In this document: positions 15,656 to 27,800 of the stretch, one piece after another
Layout: every line of letters starts with the position of its first letter
Position numbering within the stretch: position 1 is the stretch's first letter
Source of the DNA: a virus
Strand: one strand, 5' to 3'
IMG/VR virus record: IMGVR_UViG_3300022602_000038
Span: 32,001-96,000 of that record
Length of the DNA stretch: 64,000 nucleotides
The notes under the pieces: model-generated
The model's database searches: none
Seen by the model: the letters and a program-made list of their open reading frames with translations, nothing else
What the model was told of the DNA's origin: nothing
Translations under genes and position numbers: made by a program

Positions 15656-17419
15656 ATGGCAAAAGCTAAAGACCAGACGTTTTACTTAGGCAATAAAAAC
15701 TTACCTGTACCCGAAACAGAGTTTAAATGGACTCCAGAGATGGTAGAGGACCTAGAACGAGCACGCAAGTCCATTTTACATTTTGCTAGGTTTTTCTATA
15801 TTGTTAATCTCGACGAAGGTAAACAACCAATCAAGCTTTACAATTATCAGAAACGTATACTTAAAGCGTTGGTAGAGAATAGGTTCAATGTAGTACTAGC
15901 TTCTAGACAGATTGGTAAAACAACCATATTAACCATATTTGCATTATGGATGATATGCTTTATGGATGATTATAGAGTACTACTAATTGCTAATAAAGAA
16001 GGTACTGCTATTAACATCTTTAAACGTATTAGATTGGCGTATGAAATGTTACCAAATTTTTTAAAACCTGGTGTTGTTAATTATGCTAAAACAGGGTTGG
16101 AATTAGCCAACGGTAGTTCAATTGGTATTAGTACTACAACGTCTGATGCTGCCAGAGGTGAGTCCATTAACTGTCTATTAATTGACGAAGCTGCGTTTAT
16201 TCCTGCTGAGTTTATGAATGACTTTTGGGAATCAGTATTTCCTGTAATTTCGTCTTCTAAGAAATCTAAAATCTTTATGTTATCTACACCTAACGGGGTA
16301 GGTAATTTGTTTTATAACATATATACAGAAGCTGTAAAAGGAGAGAGTGGGTGGCATCAAGAACGTGTAGATTGGTGGGAGGTTCCTGGTAGAGATGAAA
16401 AATGGAAAGAAATGACGATGAAAGCTCTTGGTTCTGCTGAAGCATTTAATCAAGAGTACGGCAACGAATTTAGAGCAGCAGGTGAAAACGCTTTTGATAA
16501 AGAACAGTTTGATGAAATGGAAGCTAATGCTATAGAACCTATTTTAATGGATGATGACGGTACATATCGTATTTTTAAAGACAGACAAGCATTTCATTTC
16601 TATACAATAGGCGTTGATATTGGAGAGGGTATTGGTAGGTCTAACTCTGTTATACAAGTAGTGGATATTACGGATTTAACTAACATAGAACAAGTTGCTG
16701 TATATGCTAATAATAAACTAGACCCTCATAATTTCGCAACAAAACTAGTAGATATAGCTAGAGAGTGGGGGTCTCCTCCTTTATTAGTCGAACGCAATAA
16801 TTGCGGTGCACAAGTAATAGACGCTTTAGTGCATACTCACCATTATGAAAGTATTATAAAGTACACTCCAAGTATGGGTACATTTACTGATAAAATAGAT
16901 AAAGAAAACCGTTTAGGTGTATTCTCCCACACTAACAGTAAATTCAATTCAATGGCTAATTTTAGGTACTGGATGAATGTGTTACGTTGTTTAAAAATAT
17001 ACGATAAACCTACATTACAGGAATTTAAAACCTATATAAGACAAGCAAACGGGGTATGGAAAAAACAATCTGATAGGTATTTAGATGATAGAGTAGAAGC
17101 TTTAATTTGGGCATTATTTGCTTTAGATAGTAAAGTAGTAGAACAATTTTATGAAGTTACTGAAAAAGACGGTACAGGGAAGCCTTTAAAAGTTAAACCA
17201 TATAATTTTGATCCGTATGAGGCTAATGCTCCTAAACTTGATACAGTATATAATAAACTTTCAAACGGTAAAATAAAAGACGAACAAAATATTCGTAACC
17301 CTGCTTTTTTTGCTTCTAAAGGAGAAGACAATAGCGATTTAGAAGACCTAAAAGCACAGGGCTGGAAAGTACCTAACTATGATAGTGCATCAGGTAGGTT
17401 TGGTGGTTTTATAATGTAA
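15656..17419 (+). CDS. terL: terminase large subunit (T4 gp17-like)
   Basis: LYNYQ adenine motif, Walker A SRQIGKTT, Walker B LLIDEAAF, STPNG coupling motif, nuclease GVDIGEG and DDRV. Confidence 0.96.
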   Translation: MAKAKDQTFYLGNKNLPVPETEFKWTPEMVEDLERARKSILHFARFFYIVNLDEGKQPIKLYNYQKRILKALVENRFNVVLASRQIGKTTILTIFALWMICFMDDYRVLLIANKEGTAINIFKRIRLAYEMLPNFLKPGVVNYAKTGLELANGSSIGISTTTSDAARGESINCLLIDEAAFIPAEFMNDFWESVFPVISSSKKSKIFMLSTPNGVGNLFYNIYTEAVKGESGWHQERVDWWEVPGRDEKWKEMTMKALGSAEAFNQEYGNEFRAAGENAFDKEQFDEMEANAIEPILMDDDGTYRIFKDRQAFHFYTIGVDIGEGIGRSNSVIQVVDITDLTNIEQVAVYANNKLDPHNFATKLVDIAREWGSPPLLVERNNCGAQVIDALVHTHHYESIIKYTPSMGTFTDKIDKENRLGVFSHTNSKFNSMANFRYWMNVLRCLKIYDKPTLQEFKTYIRQANGVWKKQSDRYLDDRVEALIWALFALDSKVVEQFYEVTEKDGTGKPLKVKPYNFDPYEANAPKLDTVYNKLSNGKIKDEQNIRNPAFFASKGEDNSDLEDLKAQGWKVPNYDSASGRFGGFIM

Positions 17420-17423
17420 CAAT

Positions 17424-17451
17424 AAAAAAGCCCGTTGTTTCCAACGGGCTT
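17424..17451 (-). terminator. intrinsic terminator
   Basis: AAGCCCGTTG/CAACGGGCTT with A run on the + strand, between convergent genes. Confidence 0.75.
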
Positions 17452-17473
17452 GCAATTGTACTATGTCTAAATC

Positions 17474-18541
17474 TTATCCGAAAAGATCTTCACCGACTTT
17501 TGGCTCTTTGGTAGCACCAGCAGTGAACTTCTTAGTGTTCTGAAGTTTGTTCTTATTACCATGAAGTGCAGATTCATCACCTTCTACTTCTTTTGGTTCT
17601 GGCTCGTTGCGTAACTTACCATCTACTGCTTTACCAGCACCAGTGGTCTTTGCTGCACCTTTTGAACCAACAACAACTGGCTTACTAACTGCATCTGGGT
17701 TACCTTTCTTTAAGGAACCATTAGCTTTAGTAAGAACGTGACCTTCGTCTTCAGCATCTACGTCTTCAGCGATTGTGTCTTCTTCCTCTTCTTCAGTGGA
17801 ACCAGCAATCTCTTGATCTTCGTCGCCGAGATCTCCGTGAGCTGTATCAACTTCTTTATCCTTCTTGAGGAATGCTAAAAGTTTTTCGCAAGCTTCAATA
17901 GCTTCTTCATGCGTGAAGTTTTCTTCTTCACCACCGACTTGATCTTCTGCACCATCAGCTGCTGCATCTGTAGCATCCATTGGTTCATGTTGATCAGTTG
18001 GAAGGGTTGCATCATCTGCTTCATCTTCCATGTTTTCATTGAATGGAGCGCGCTGAATAGCGGCTTCGTAATAGATATCGAATTTTGATTTTGACATAGT
18101 AAACTTTGGTTTGTAATTATATTTATTGTTCTCGTGTACAGAATTCCCTACTTTTTCTTCAGAAGTTGTAAGTTTTGCATTATCCATTTCTTTTTCGTTG
18201 GTTTCAGCATTATCTTCATGTTCTTCTTCTTTCTTCATTGTTGCTTTATCTGAACCAGGATCTTGTAACTTATCAACCTTTTTAAAGTTATTTCCTTTAA
18301 GACCCTCAGGTCCACTCTTTGGACGTAATGGGGATACATCTTTTCCATCTACTTTTTTAGTGCCAGGACCACCACCCATTGCACTACCTGGTTTAACTAA
18401 TTCCTCATTTAAGTAATGGGTAGTATCAGTTAAGAGAACCTCATTTTGATTGTTTTCTACAACCACATTTGAGCGTTCTTCATTGGCAATATCACTGTAT
18501 ATATTACCTAGGTCGGAAAAGTTTTTAATCTTCATTATCAA
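17474..18541 (-). CDS. acidic low-complexity protein, candidate prohead core/internal protein
   Basis: D/E-rich; several hydrophobic-x-E sites (VVE, LNE, VHE, FNE, IAE); TAAATA upstream. Confidence 0.55.
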   Translation of the reverse strand: MIMKIKNFSDLGNIYSDIANEERSNVVVENNQNEVLLTDTTHYLNEELVKPGSAMGGGPGTKKVDGKDVSPLRPKSGPEGLKGNNFKKVDKLQDPGSDKATMKKEEEHEDNAETNEKEMDNAKLTTSEEKVGNSVHENNKYNYKPKFTMSKSKFDIYYEAAIQRAPFNENMEDEADDATLPTDQHEPMDATDAAADGAEDQVGGEEENFTHEEAIEACEKLLAFLKKDKEVDTAHGDLGDEDQEIAGSTEEEEEDTIAEDVDAEDEGHVLTKANGSLKKGNPDAVSKPVVVGSKGAAKTTGAGKAVDGKLRNEPEPKEVEGDESALHGNKNKLQNTKKFTAGATKEPKVGEDLFG

Positions 18542-18592
18542 TATTATTTAGTATATCTATCTTTATTTCTACATATTATAGTAAATATTTCC

Positions 18593-19630
18593 GTGGCTTC
18601 GCCTTATATATCACAATATTGTATAGATACTGGTACTTATGTAGCTCCTGGAACAGTAGGACCAACAGTGAGTGGCGGGTATGAATGTACTGTAGGACCA
18701 ATAAGAGTTTTAGATGTAGCAGACAACGCTTCTCAAATAGCTTTATTTAATAGTTGGTGGAAAGAACAAATTAATATGTTCGGACAGCAAATTAACTATT
18801 ATATTAATGGTTATAACTTATCCGCCCATGATTATTTTTACGGTGAACAGCCTTTAGTACAATATGCTCCACCTATCCCGATGGTAATGGCTATTACTGT
18901 TAGTAATGACAATGCTATATTAAGTAGGTTTGGTTTAGAAGGGCAAGCAGATTTAACAGCATTAATAGCTATAAACACTTTTACATCAACAGTTACTGCA
19001 GTAAGTGGTGCACTTTCAGCAGCCAATTACGAACCGAAATCCGGAGATCTTATTGAGTTATCTGAATACGGATCTACTAGACCGAATGGTAGAAGCGGTC
19101 AGATATATGAAATAACGGAACGTTTGGATCAAAGCGGTAGTGAAGAAGCAAATCAATTGTTAGGGCATTATATATGGACTATAAAAGCTAAACGCTTTGA
19201 TTACAATTACGAAATTAATGCACCTCGTGAAAAGCTTATGGATCAAGTATATGATAATAAGTTTGACGGTACAGTTAATAACTTACCTAAAGTACTTGAA
19301 ACAAAAGTATATACTCAATTTGTTGATAAAGACTCTGAACAGGTATTTGATTACAGAGATAACACGGATGCAAATACAAGTGTATACGGAGATTACGATG
19401 ATCAAAACTCTCTTGTACGTCTTATTGGTGTAACAAATTCGTCTGGTGCTAATACAGGTGCATTAGCTGCTTCCGGTTCATATGTAGTAGCAAACAGTCC
19501 AAGCAACTATATTTCTTCTTCTAACCAAGCTATAAGCATTGCAAATGCAAATCAAACCCAATTAACACTTCTTACTGCTTTACTATCGAGTAATCCTGCT
19601 CTAAGTGCTCTACAAGTGCTATCTATTTAA
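18593..19630 (+). CDS. neck/head-completion protein (T4 gp14-like)
   Basis: EQINMFGQ.I.YY, YGE.P, SRFGL, P..GDLI.L motifs. Confidence 0.7.
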   Translation: MASPYISQYCIDTGTYVAPGTVGPTVSGGYECTVGPIRVLDVADNASQIALFNSWWKEQINMFGQQINYYINGYNLSAHDYFYGEQPLVQYAPPIPMVMAITVSNDNAILSRFGLEGQADLTALIAINTFTSTVTAVSGALSAANYEPKSGDLIELSEYGSTRPNGRSGQIYEITERLDQSGSEEANQLLGHYIWTIKAKRFDYNYEINAPREKLMDQVYDNKFDGTVNNLPKVLETKVYTQFVDKDSEQVFDYRDNTDANTSVYGDYDDQNSLVRLIGVTNSSGANTGALAASGSYVVANSPSNYISSSNQAISIANANQTQLTLLTALLSSNPALSALQVLSI

Positions 19631-19658
19631 TAACCTCTTCTATAAGTATTTAAATTAA

Positions 19659-21677
19659 ATGTCCTCAGATACGCCTAACTATATTTATCCGCACGAGTTA
19701 CCGTCAGCAACTCCGCTACCTTATGATTTAATATATTTAGAACAGCCTAATTCAGACGGCACTTATTCTTCTTATAGTACTTCCCTTTCTGCACTTTCAG
19801 CGGCCGGGTTTGTTGGACCGCAAGGTGTTTCTGGTTATTCCGGTTATTCTGGTTTAGGTCTATCTGGTTATTCTGGTTTTAGTGGTTTTAGTGGTTCCGG
19901 GGTTTCTGGTTATAGTGGTTATAGCGGGCAACCCGGTGCAGGAGCTGCTTCTGGTTATTCCGGTATAAGCGGTTATTCTGGTATTTCTGGTTACTCAAGT
20001 TACTCTGGTTACTCTGGTATTTCAGGCTTTAGCGGTATTAGTGGTTATAGTGGTATAAGCGGTTATTCAGGTATTTCAGGCTTTAGTGGTATTAGTGGTT
20101 ACTCCGGTTATAGTGGTATTTCTGGCTACAGTGGTTATTCAGGCTATAGCGGTATAAGTGGTTACGTTGGTATTTCAGGTTATAGCGGTATTAGTGGCTA
20201 CTCTGGTTATTCTGGCCAGTCAGGTTTTAGTGGTATAAGTGGTTGGTCTGGTTATTCTGGCTGGTCGGGCATTTCTGGTTATTCTGGTACTTCTGGCTAT
20301 AGTGGTTGGAGTGGGTACTCAGGTATTAGCGGTTATTCAGGCTTCTCTGGCTACAGCGGCTACAGCGGTATTTCTGGCTACTCAGGTTATTCTGGTCAAT
20401 CAGGTTTTAGTGGTATTAGTGGTTACAGTGGTACGAGTGGTTATAGTGGTACGAGTGGTTATAGCGGCACAAGCGGGTTTAGCGGTTGGTCCGGTATTTC
20501 AGGTTTCTCTGGAGTAGAACCTACATTTTCAAGTAATATAGTTGTTAATATTTCTGCAGGTTATTTCGGTCAATACTCTAACGGTATGACAATACCGGCA
20601 GCTGGCTTAACACCATCTCAAGTCATATTACTTGCTTGTCAACAACAAATACCTCCAACAGCTAGCATATCTTCTTCTACAACTATAGCATTTAATCAAA
20701 CTTCAATTAGTAACGTAATAAACTTTGGTTATACACTTAATAGTTTAGGAGCTACAGCTTTATCTGGTACATTATATTATAGAAGAAATAGTTCTGGTTC
20801 ATATGCAGTATTATTAAGCGGTACACCAGCAATATCTGCAACAAGTATGTCTTATACTCATACTTTAACAGATACGAATTATAATACTCAAAATTTTCAA
20901 TATCAATATACATTTGTAGATTCTAACAATCAATCTGCTACACCGGTTACAAAAACAATAACCCCTACATCTTATGTCAACCCTACTGTATCGTTGTCGG
21001 TAGTAGCAGCAAGCGGAACAACTTCTCCAGAAACAAACGCTTCAAGAGAATTAGGTAATATAGCTTCTACTATTACCGGTACTATAACTAATAACAATAA
21101 TAGCACATATGTACCATTAAGTGCATATGTACTACAATATAATGTTAATGGTGGTAGTTATACAAACTTAACTTCTGCAATATCAATAGGTCCTGGTACA
21201 TCATCAATGACCTCGTTTACACATAACGCTCCAACGTTAAGTGCTTCTACATCTATTGCATACCGTTTAGCAGTATACGACTCATATCAAAATTACATTT
21301 CAAGTAGTGTCGCGACTGGTACAAACACAGTAAACTTCTACACCTTAGTATGGTATGGACCTACTTCAGTGTTACCGGTCAATACAGCTAATATTAGAGC
21401 TTTACCTAGCAAATCATTTATAAGTGGTTTAGCTAATCCGTTTAACTTAGTAACAGGCACCACATACGACACGTTTACAGTTGCGTTCCCAAGCCCGCAT
21501 ACAATTACTCAAGTAATTGATACTGGTAACTTAAATGCTAATATTACTTCTAGTTATGTATTATCGGCTTGGAGCGTTAACAGTTATAACTTAGTACCTG
21601 TCACGTACAATGTATATACATTGTCTAACGCTACTCCATATTCACCATCGACTACACATCAAATTACGTGGTCTTAA
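19659..21677 (+). CDS. collagen-like (Gly-X-Ser)n fibre protein with C-terminal beta-rich domains
   Basis: GYS/GIS/GFS triplets about 19823-20512. Confidence 0.8.
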   Translation: MSSDTPNYIYPHELPSATPLPYDLIYLEQPNSDGTYSSYSTSLSALSAAGFVGPQGVSGYSGYSGLGLSGYSGFSGFSGSGVSGYSGYSGQPGAGAASGYSGISGYSGISGYSSYSGYSGISGFSGISGYSGISGYSGISGFSGISGYSGYSGISGYSGYSGYSGISGYVGISGYSGISGYSGYSGQSGFSGISGWSGYSGWSGISGYSGTSGYSGWSGYSGISGYSGFSGYSGYSGISGYSGYSGQSGFSGISGYSGTSGYSGTSGYSGTSGFSGWSGISGFSGVEPTFSSNIVVNISAGYFGQYSNGMTIPAAGLTPSQVILLACQQQIPPTASISSSTTIAFNQTSISNVINFGYTLNSLGATALSGTLYYRRNSSGSYAVLLSGTPAISATSMSYTHTLTDTNYNTQNFQYQYTFVDSNNQSATPVTKTITPTSYVNPTVSLSVVAASGTTSPETNASRELGNIASTITGTITNNNNSTYVPLSAYVLQYNVNGGSYTNLTSAISIGPGTSSMTSFTHNAPTLSASTSIAYRLAVYDSYQNYISSSVATGTNTVNFYTLVWYGPTSVLPVNTANIRALPSKSFISGLANPFNLVTGTTYDTFTVAFPSPHTITQVIDTGNLNANITSSYVLSAWSVNSYNLVPVTYNVYTLSNATPYSPSTTHQITWS

Positions 21678-21691
21678 TAAATATTTAAAAA

Positions 21692-23617
21692 ATGTCTTTA
21701 ACAACAGGCCTACAACTTCCATACGGTATACAACCAGTTGACCCACTACCGGTTGATACGTGGTCAGGTCCTTATACAGGCGCAACTGTTACAGCAGCAC
21801 TTTCAGCTGCAAATGCAACTATACCGTCTGGTGTAAGGTTCCAGTCCATGCAAGTACGGCTTATTGTAGCTGGTACACCTTATATATATTGGTACTATGC
21901 AGGTATAGCAGATACTAACTTAGTTTTATTTCCTGGTGTTAATGTACCTAATTTAACTAACGGTTCTTATACTTTTCAATTAAGTGCTACTGCTCTTTCT
22001 GGTGGTGCAATAATATGGCCTGATGGTACTGTACAATATACAGCTGCAACAGGTATATCTGGTTACTCAGGCTATTCAGGTACAAGTGGCTACTCTGGTA
22101 TAAGTGGTTATAGCGGTGTATCTGGTTACTCTGGTATAAGTGGTTATTCTAGCTACTCTGGTTATTCTGGTATCTCAGGATTTTCTGGCATAAGTGGTTA
22201 TAGCGGTTACTCTGGTATAAGCGGCTATAGTGGTTATTCAGGCATTTCAGGCTATTCTGGTACATCAGGTTATTCCGGTTATTCCGGTATATCAGGTTAT
22301 AGTGGGTTATCTGGTTTTAGTGGTATTTCAGGTTACAGCGGTATAAGTGGTTATTCTGGTTATTCCGGCTATAGCGGTATTTCCGGCTACTCAGGTTATT
22401 CTGGTCAGTCAGGTTTTAGTGGTATCTCTGGCTACTCAGGTATAAGTGGCTACTCTGGTTGGTCTGGTATTTCAGGTTATTCAGGCGTATCAGGTTATTC
22501 TGGTATATCTGGTTACAGTGGTTATTCTGGTATTTCCGGTTACTCAGGCATTTCTGGTTATAGTGGTTATTCAGGCATTTCTGGTTATTCAGGCATTTCC
22601 GGGTATAGCGGTATAAGTGGTTACTCCGGTTATAGCGGTATATCTGGCTATAGTGGTTACTCTGGTATATCTGGCTATAGCGGTATTTCAGGTTATTCAG
22701 GTATAAGTGGTTATTCAGGCTATAGTGGTATAAGCGGTTACTCTGGTATCTCTGGTTACAGTGGCTATAGCGGTGTATCAGGTTACTCTGGTATCTCTGG
22801 TTACAGTGGTTACTCAGGCATTAGTGGTTACAGCGGCATCTCTGGTTATAGTGGTATATCTGGTTACAGTGGTTACTCTGGTATTTCAGGTTACTCAGGT
22901 ATATCAGGCTTTAGCGGTATAAGCGGTTACTCTGGTATCTCTGGTTACAGTGGTACATCTATTAATATTTCTAGCCAGGTAATTACATATAGTAATTCAT
23001 TTAGCGCTGGACAAGTAGTACGTTTAGATAATACCGCTGGTAACTGGTATCTTGCAAAAGCAGATAACGCAACAGATGCTGAGTCTACTGGCGTGGTTCA
23101 ATCAGCTACATCTTCAAATTTCTTAATTGTATATGACGGTTTAATTACAGGTTTAACTGGCTTAACGCCAGGAGAATGTTATTATTTAAGTGATGTAACA
23201 GCTGGTGCTACTGTAACATATTCTCCAAGCGCGTACGGCACTGTTTCAAAACCGATTATGCGCGCTATTACTTCTACTACCGCATTAGTAGTTAATGAGC
23301 GTGGTATACAAAACTCTGCAGTTACTTCTTATAGAGTCCCAACAACATCAGTTTCTTTATCAGCATATACTGTACAAGCAAGTGACTATTATGTTGGAGT
23401 AAATTACAACGGATTAGCTTTAATTCAATTACCAGTAGGTATAACCGGTACAACTTATATTATTAAAGACGAGTCTGGTTTGTTAAATGGTACAACAAAT
23501 GCAATTACTGTATCTGCAACAACGCCAAATAGAATAGATGCTTTAACTCAGGCAAACTTAGTTGGACCACATGCATGTCTAACTCTTATATTTAACAATC
23601 AATGGAACTTAACATAA
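21692..23617 (+). CDS. collagen-like (Gly-X-Ser)n fibre protein with cement/decoration-like domain
   Basis: triplet tract about 22052-22957; LAKAD...GVVQ...GL.PG..YYLSD domain shared with 24828 protein. Confidence 0.8.
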   Translation: MSLTTGLQLPYGIQPVDPLPVDTWSGPYTGATVTAALSAANATIPSGVRFQSMQVRLIVAGTPYIYWYYAGIADTNLVLFPGVNVPNLTNGSYTFQLSATALSGGAIIWPDGTVQYTAATGISGYSGYSGTSGYSGISGYSGVSGYSGISGYSSYSGYSGISGFSGISGYSGYSGISGYSGYSGISGYSGTSGYSGYSGISGYSGLSGFSGISGYSGISGYSGYSGYSGISGYSGYSGQSGFSGISGYSGISGYSGWSGISGYSGVSGYSGISGYSGYSGISGYSGISGYSGYSGISGYSGISGYSGISGYSGYSGISGYSGYSGISGYSGISGYSGISGYSGYSGISGYSGISGYSGYSGVSGYSGISGYSGYSGISGYSGISGYSGISGYSGYSGISGYSGISGFSGISGYSGISGYSGTSINISSQVITYSNSFSAGQVVRLDNTAGNWYLAKADNATDAESTGVVQSATSSNFLIVYDGLITGLTGLTPGECYYLSDVTAGATVTYSPSAYGTVSKPIMRAITSTTALVVNERGIQNSAVTSYRVPTTSVSLSAYTVQASDYYVGVNYNGLALIQLPVGITGTTYIIKDESGLLNGTTNAITVSATTPNRIDALTQANLVGPHACLTLIFNNQWNLT

Positions 23618-23618
23618 A

Positions 23619-24818
23619 ATGAGTTATAACTATTTTCAAGAAACATTAGTACCTTCAACAAGTGCCTGGTCTATAGGTACAGTTAGCAGACCATTTAAAG
23701 ATATTTGGTTAGGTTACGGTTCTCTTAATTTAGCTAATGTTAATACAGGAGCATCTGGTATTGCGTTAGATAATACTAATAACATTCTTACATTAGCACA
23801 GGGCAGTGCAGGGTTTCAAATAATAGACCCGTACAGTAATACAATATTTCAAACTACAAGCGCAGGTCAGACTACATTATATACTTCCCAAGCTTCAGCT
23901 GGTACGTTAGGCGCTTTTGCAGTTGTTGGTAGCGGTAACCGTACTACACAAGTAGTAACTAACCCCGGTGTAATGTTTCATGTCACTGGTAACGATAATT
24001 TAAATAATCGTATAATATATGATGCTTTCGGTTCAAGTGGTAGTGTTAATGTATTCCCTCAACTTATTGGACGTAGTGCTAGAGGTTCAGCAACAACCCC
24101 TACAAATGTATTATCTGGAGATGTTCTTTTTAGAATAACAGCAAACGGGTATAATGCTTTAAGCGGCTTTACAAACCCATCTGGTGGTACTAGTAGCCCG
24201 TCAACTATAGAATGCGTAGCTACAGAGCCGTTTAGTGGTTCTTCTGTTGGTACAGAATGGCACATTTATAATGCTACAAAAGGAGATACATCAAATACAA
24301 AAACTCTTGATTTAATCATTAATGATAAAGGTGTAACAGTACCTGTAGCAAGCGCTGGCATTACATTTGGAGACGGATCATTTCAAAATACAGCATTTAA
24401 TGCAGTTTCCGGAACGTGGGTACCGCAATTATCTGCAGCAACAAACGGCACTGGGTTTAAGTATAATATGTCTAGTACTACAGGTAATTATTATAAAACC
24501 GGACGTAGTGTATTTGCAACATTTTCTATAGTTGTTTCATCTACAGACACCGCAAGCGGACAGGTATATTTGACTAATTTACCTTTTCCGGTAGTTAATG
24601 GTAGTGGTGTTTGGGGAACATTAAGCGTGTACCGGTACGGAAATATGTCTACATCTGTATCTCAAATAGAAGGTGGTAATGAAGGTAACGCACAAGACTT
24701 CACTTTATATTATCAAGATACTGGTCCTGGTGCAGGTGGCGTTAACGGTCTTACAGTAGCACAATTTACAAGTACATCCTTCTTATATGGATCTATGACT
24801 TACATCAGTCAAACCTAA
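23619..24818 (+). CDS. tail fibre-like structural protein
   Basis: LVPS....IG....PFKDIWL start, ITFGDGS.Q.TA hinge, GTWVP..G.Y.K.GR.V...LPF fibre tip pattern. Confidence 0.65.
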   Translation: MSYNYFQETLVPSTSAWSIGTVSRPFKDIWLGYGSLNLANVNTGASGIALDNTNNILTLAQGSAGFQIIDPYSNTIFQTTSAGQTTLYTSQASAGTLGAFAVVGSGNRTTQVVTNPGVMFHVTGNDNLNNRIIYDAFGSSGSVNVFPQLIGRSARGSATTPTNVLSGDVLFRITANGYNALSGFTNPSGGTSSPSTIECVATEPFSGSSVGTEWHIYNATKGDTSNTKTLDLIINDKGVTVPVASAGITFGDGSFQNTAFNAVSGTWVPQLSAATNGTGFKYNMSSTTGNYYKTGRSVFATFSIVVSSTDTASGQVYLTNLPFPVVNGSGVWGTLSVYRYGNMSTSVSQIEGGNEGNAQDFTLYYQDTGPGAGGVNGLTVAQFTSTSFLYGSMTYISQT

Positions 24819-24827
24819 GTATAATCA

Positions 24828-27800
24828 ATGAGTAACACTTTCGTATATCAAGCAGTTCAAGGACCAATAGGATTTTCTGGTACATCCGGATATTCTGGTT
24901 TCTCAGGTTTTTCTGGTTACTCAGGTATACCTGCAGTTGGTATAACATATTATTATACTAATAGTGCAGCAGATATAGCAGGCTATGATTACATGGCTAG
25001 TCAACCGGACTACGATCCGGAGGTATATTTTACAGCCACTGCACCAGCTAATTCAAGTATAAATCTATTACAGCAAATAACGCGTGTTTTAGATCCAGAT
25101 CAAACTACTATACCAGCAGGTACTTGGCAGTTTAATACGTATTATGTAACAGCAAGTGGTTCGAACCTATACATTGTTTATTACCTTTACGCTTATCATA
25201 CTGATACTACCTCTACATTATTATTTTCAGCTACAGGTGCAACATTAACCAATACAGTTTACCCACCTGCCCAACAAACAACGCGGTATACTATTAGTGC
25301 GCCTATTAACATTAATATTAATGATAGGTTTAAATTAATAGCAGCAGTATATAACCCTTCATTAACAACAAACTATTCTGTTTCAGCTTATTACGAAGGC
25401 ACTCAGCATTATAGTAATATTGCTACTGGTATATACGAAGGTGCTGTTGGTGCTTCTGGTATATCTGGTTACAGTGGTTATAGTGGAACAAGTGGTTACT
25501 CTGGTATAAGCGGTTATTCTGGTATATCAGGTTATAGTGGATACTCTGGTATATCAGGTTACTCCGGGTACAGCGGTATTTCTGGTTACAGTGGTTACAG
25601 TGGTATCTCAGGGTTTTCCGGTATAAGCGGTTATAGTAGTTATAGTGGTTACTCCGGTATAAGCGGTTATTCTGGTTATAGTGGTATTAGTGGGTACTCA
25701 GGCTATAGCGGTATTAGTGGCTACTCAGGTTATTCTGGTATCTCTGGTTATTCTGGCTATTCAGGTATAAGTGGTTATTCAGGCTATAGTGGTATTAGCG
25801 GCTACTCAGGCATTTCTGGTTATAGTGGTTATAGTGGTATTTCTGGCTATAGTGGGTATTCTGGTATAAGTGGCTATAGTGGTATAAGTGGTTATAGCGG
25901 TATTTCAGGTTACTCTAGCTATAGTGGTTATAGTGGTATTAGCGGTTATTCAGGTTATAGCGGCATTTCAGGCTACAGCGGTTATAGCGGTCAATCAGGC
26001 TTTAGTGGTATAAGTGGTTATTCCGGTATTTCAGGCTACAGCGGTTGGTCAGGTATTTCAGGTTACTCTGGTGCATCTGGTTATTCTGGTACGTCTGGTT
26101 ATTCTGGAGTTTCAGGTTATTCAGGCTATAGCGGTATAAGCGGTTTTAGTGGCTACTCTGGTTACTCTGGTCAATCAGGTTTTAGTGGAACCTCAGGCTA
26201 TTCTGGTTATTCCGGACAATCAGGTTTCAGTGGTTACTCAGGTATTTCCGGTTACTCTAGCTTCAGCGGTTATAGTGGTATATCAGGCTATAGTGGTATT
26301 AGTGGTTATAGTGGCTACTCTGGTATTTCAGGTTACAGCGGTATAAGCGGGTATAGTGGCTACTCAGGCTACTCAGGTATCTCCGGTTACAGTGGTATAA
26401 GTGGTTATTCTGGTTACTCCGGTATTTCTGGCTACTCAAGTTACTCCGGCTACTCTGGTATTTCAGGCTATAGCGGCATTAGTGGTTACTCTGGTATTTC
26501 TGGTTATAGCGGTTACAGTGGTTACAGTGGTATGTCTGGTTATAGCGGTTATTCAGGTATAAGTGGTTTTAGCGGTATATCAGGCTTTAGTGGTATCTCT
26601 GGTTACAGTGGTTACTCAGGCATTTCTGGTTACTCAGGCATATCTGGTTACTCTGGTTATAGCGGTACTTCCGGTTATTCTGGCCAATCAGGTTACTCGG
26701 GCTATAGTGGTTGGTCTGGGTTATCAGGCTACTCTGGTACATCTGGTTATAGCGGTTGGTCAGGTATTTCAGGTTACTCTGGTATAAGCGGTTATAGCGG
26801 TATTTCAGGCTACTCAGGTATATCAGGTTATAGCGGTTACTCTGGTCAATCTGGCTTTAGTGGTCAATCAGGATATTCAGGTTATAGTGGTTGGTCCGGT
26901 ATAAGTGGTTATTCTGGTACATCTGGCTATAGCGGTTTTAGTGGTATAAGTGGTTACTCTGGTATTTCCGGTTACTCCGGTATTAGCGGTTACTCAAGCT
27001 ATTCCGGTTATAGTGGTATATCAGGTTATTCTGGTTACTCAGGTATATCTGGTTACTCCGGTGTTAGTGGTTATTCTGGTTATAGTGGCTCTGGAGTTTC
27101 TGGTTATAGTGGTTGGTCGGGGTATTCCGGTACTGCTGCGCCATTACAACAAACTGTTACAGGTTATTCAAATTCCTTTACAGCTGGTCAAGTAATATAC
27201 AGAACTACAGGCGGTGCTTATGCTTTAGCTAAAGCAAATAATCCAGCTACTACAGATGCAATTGGTGTTGTGCAATACGCTGATTCAAATAACTTTACAT
27301 ATATCATTAACGGTTATATAACCGGTTTAACTGGTATAACAGACGGGGCTGAATATTACCTTTCAGATTCAACCGCCGGTTTAATGACCACTACAGTACC
27401 AACTGCAAGTGGTTCTCTTATTAAACCAATACTAATAGGTGTAGGTACAACAGCTGGTATTGTTGTAGAGTACCCACCAGTTATTATTAGCGGTATTAGT
27501 AATGGCACTAGCGGTTATTACGCAAAGTGGGTCGGTACAAACACAATCAATAACGGTTTAATTACCGATAACGGTTCAACTGTAACAATTTTAGGTAATT
27601 TATCAGCTACTGGTACAATATACGGAGTAGCAAGTGGTGGTTCTAATGCAGCTGCACCAGTGCCTTACTTAAGAGGCCGTCAAACAGCACTACAGGGTAT
27701 GTCATTAAGTGCTACAGTTGCATTTAATACTGCTGATGCAAATCTCGGTCAAGGTTATATTTCTCTTAATACTTCAACAGGTGTTATAACACTATCTGCT

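Noticed and set aside
15656-17419. Intein or intron in the terminase
   Set aside because: Length and motif spacing are normal for gp17; no splice motifs or homing endonuclease seen.
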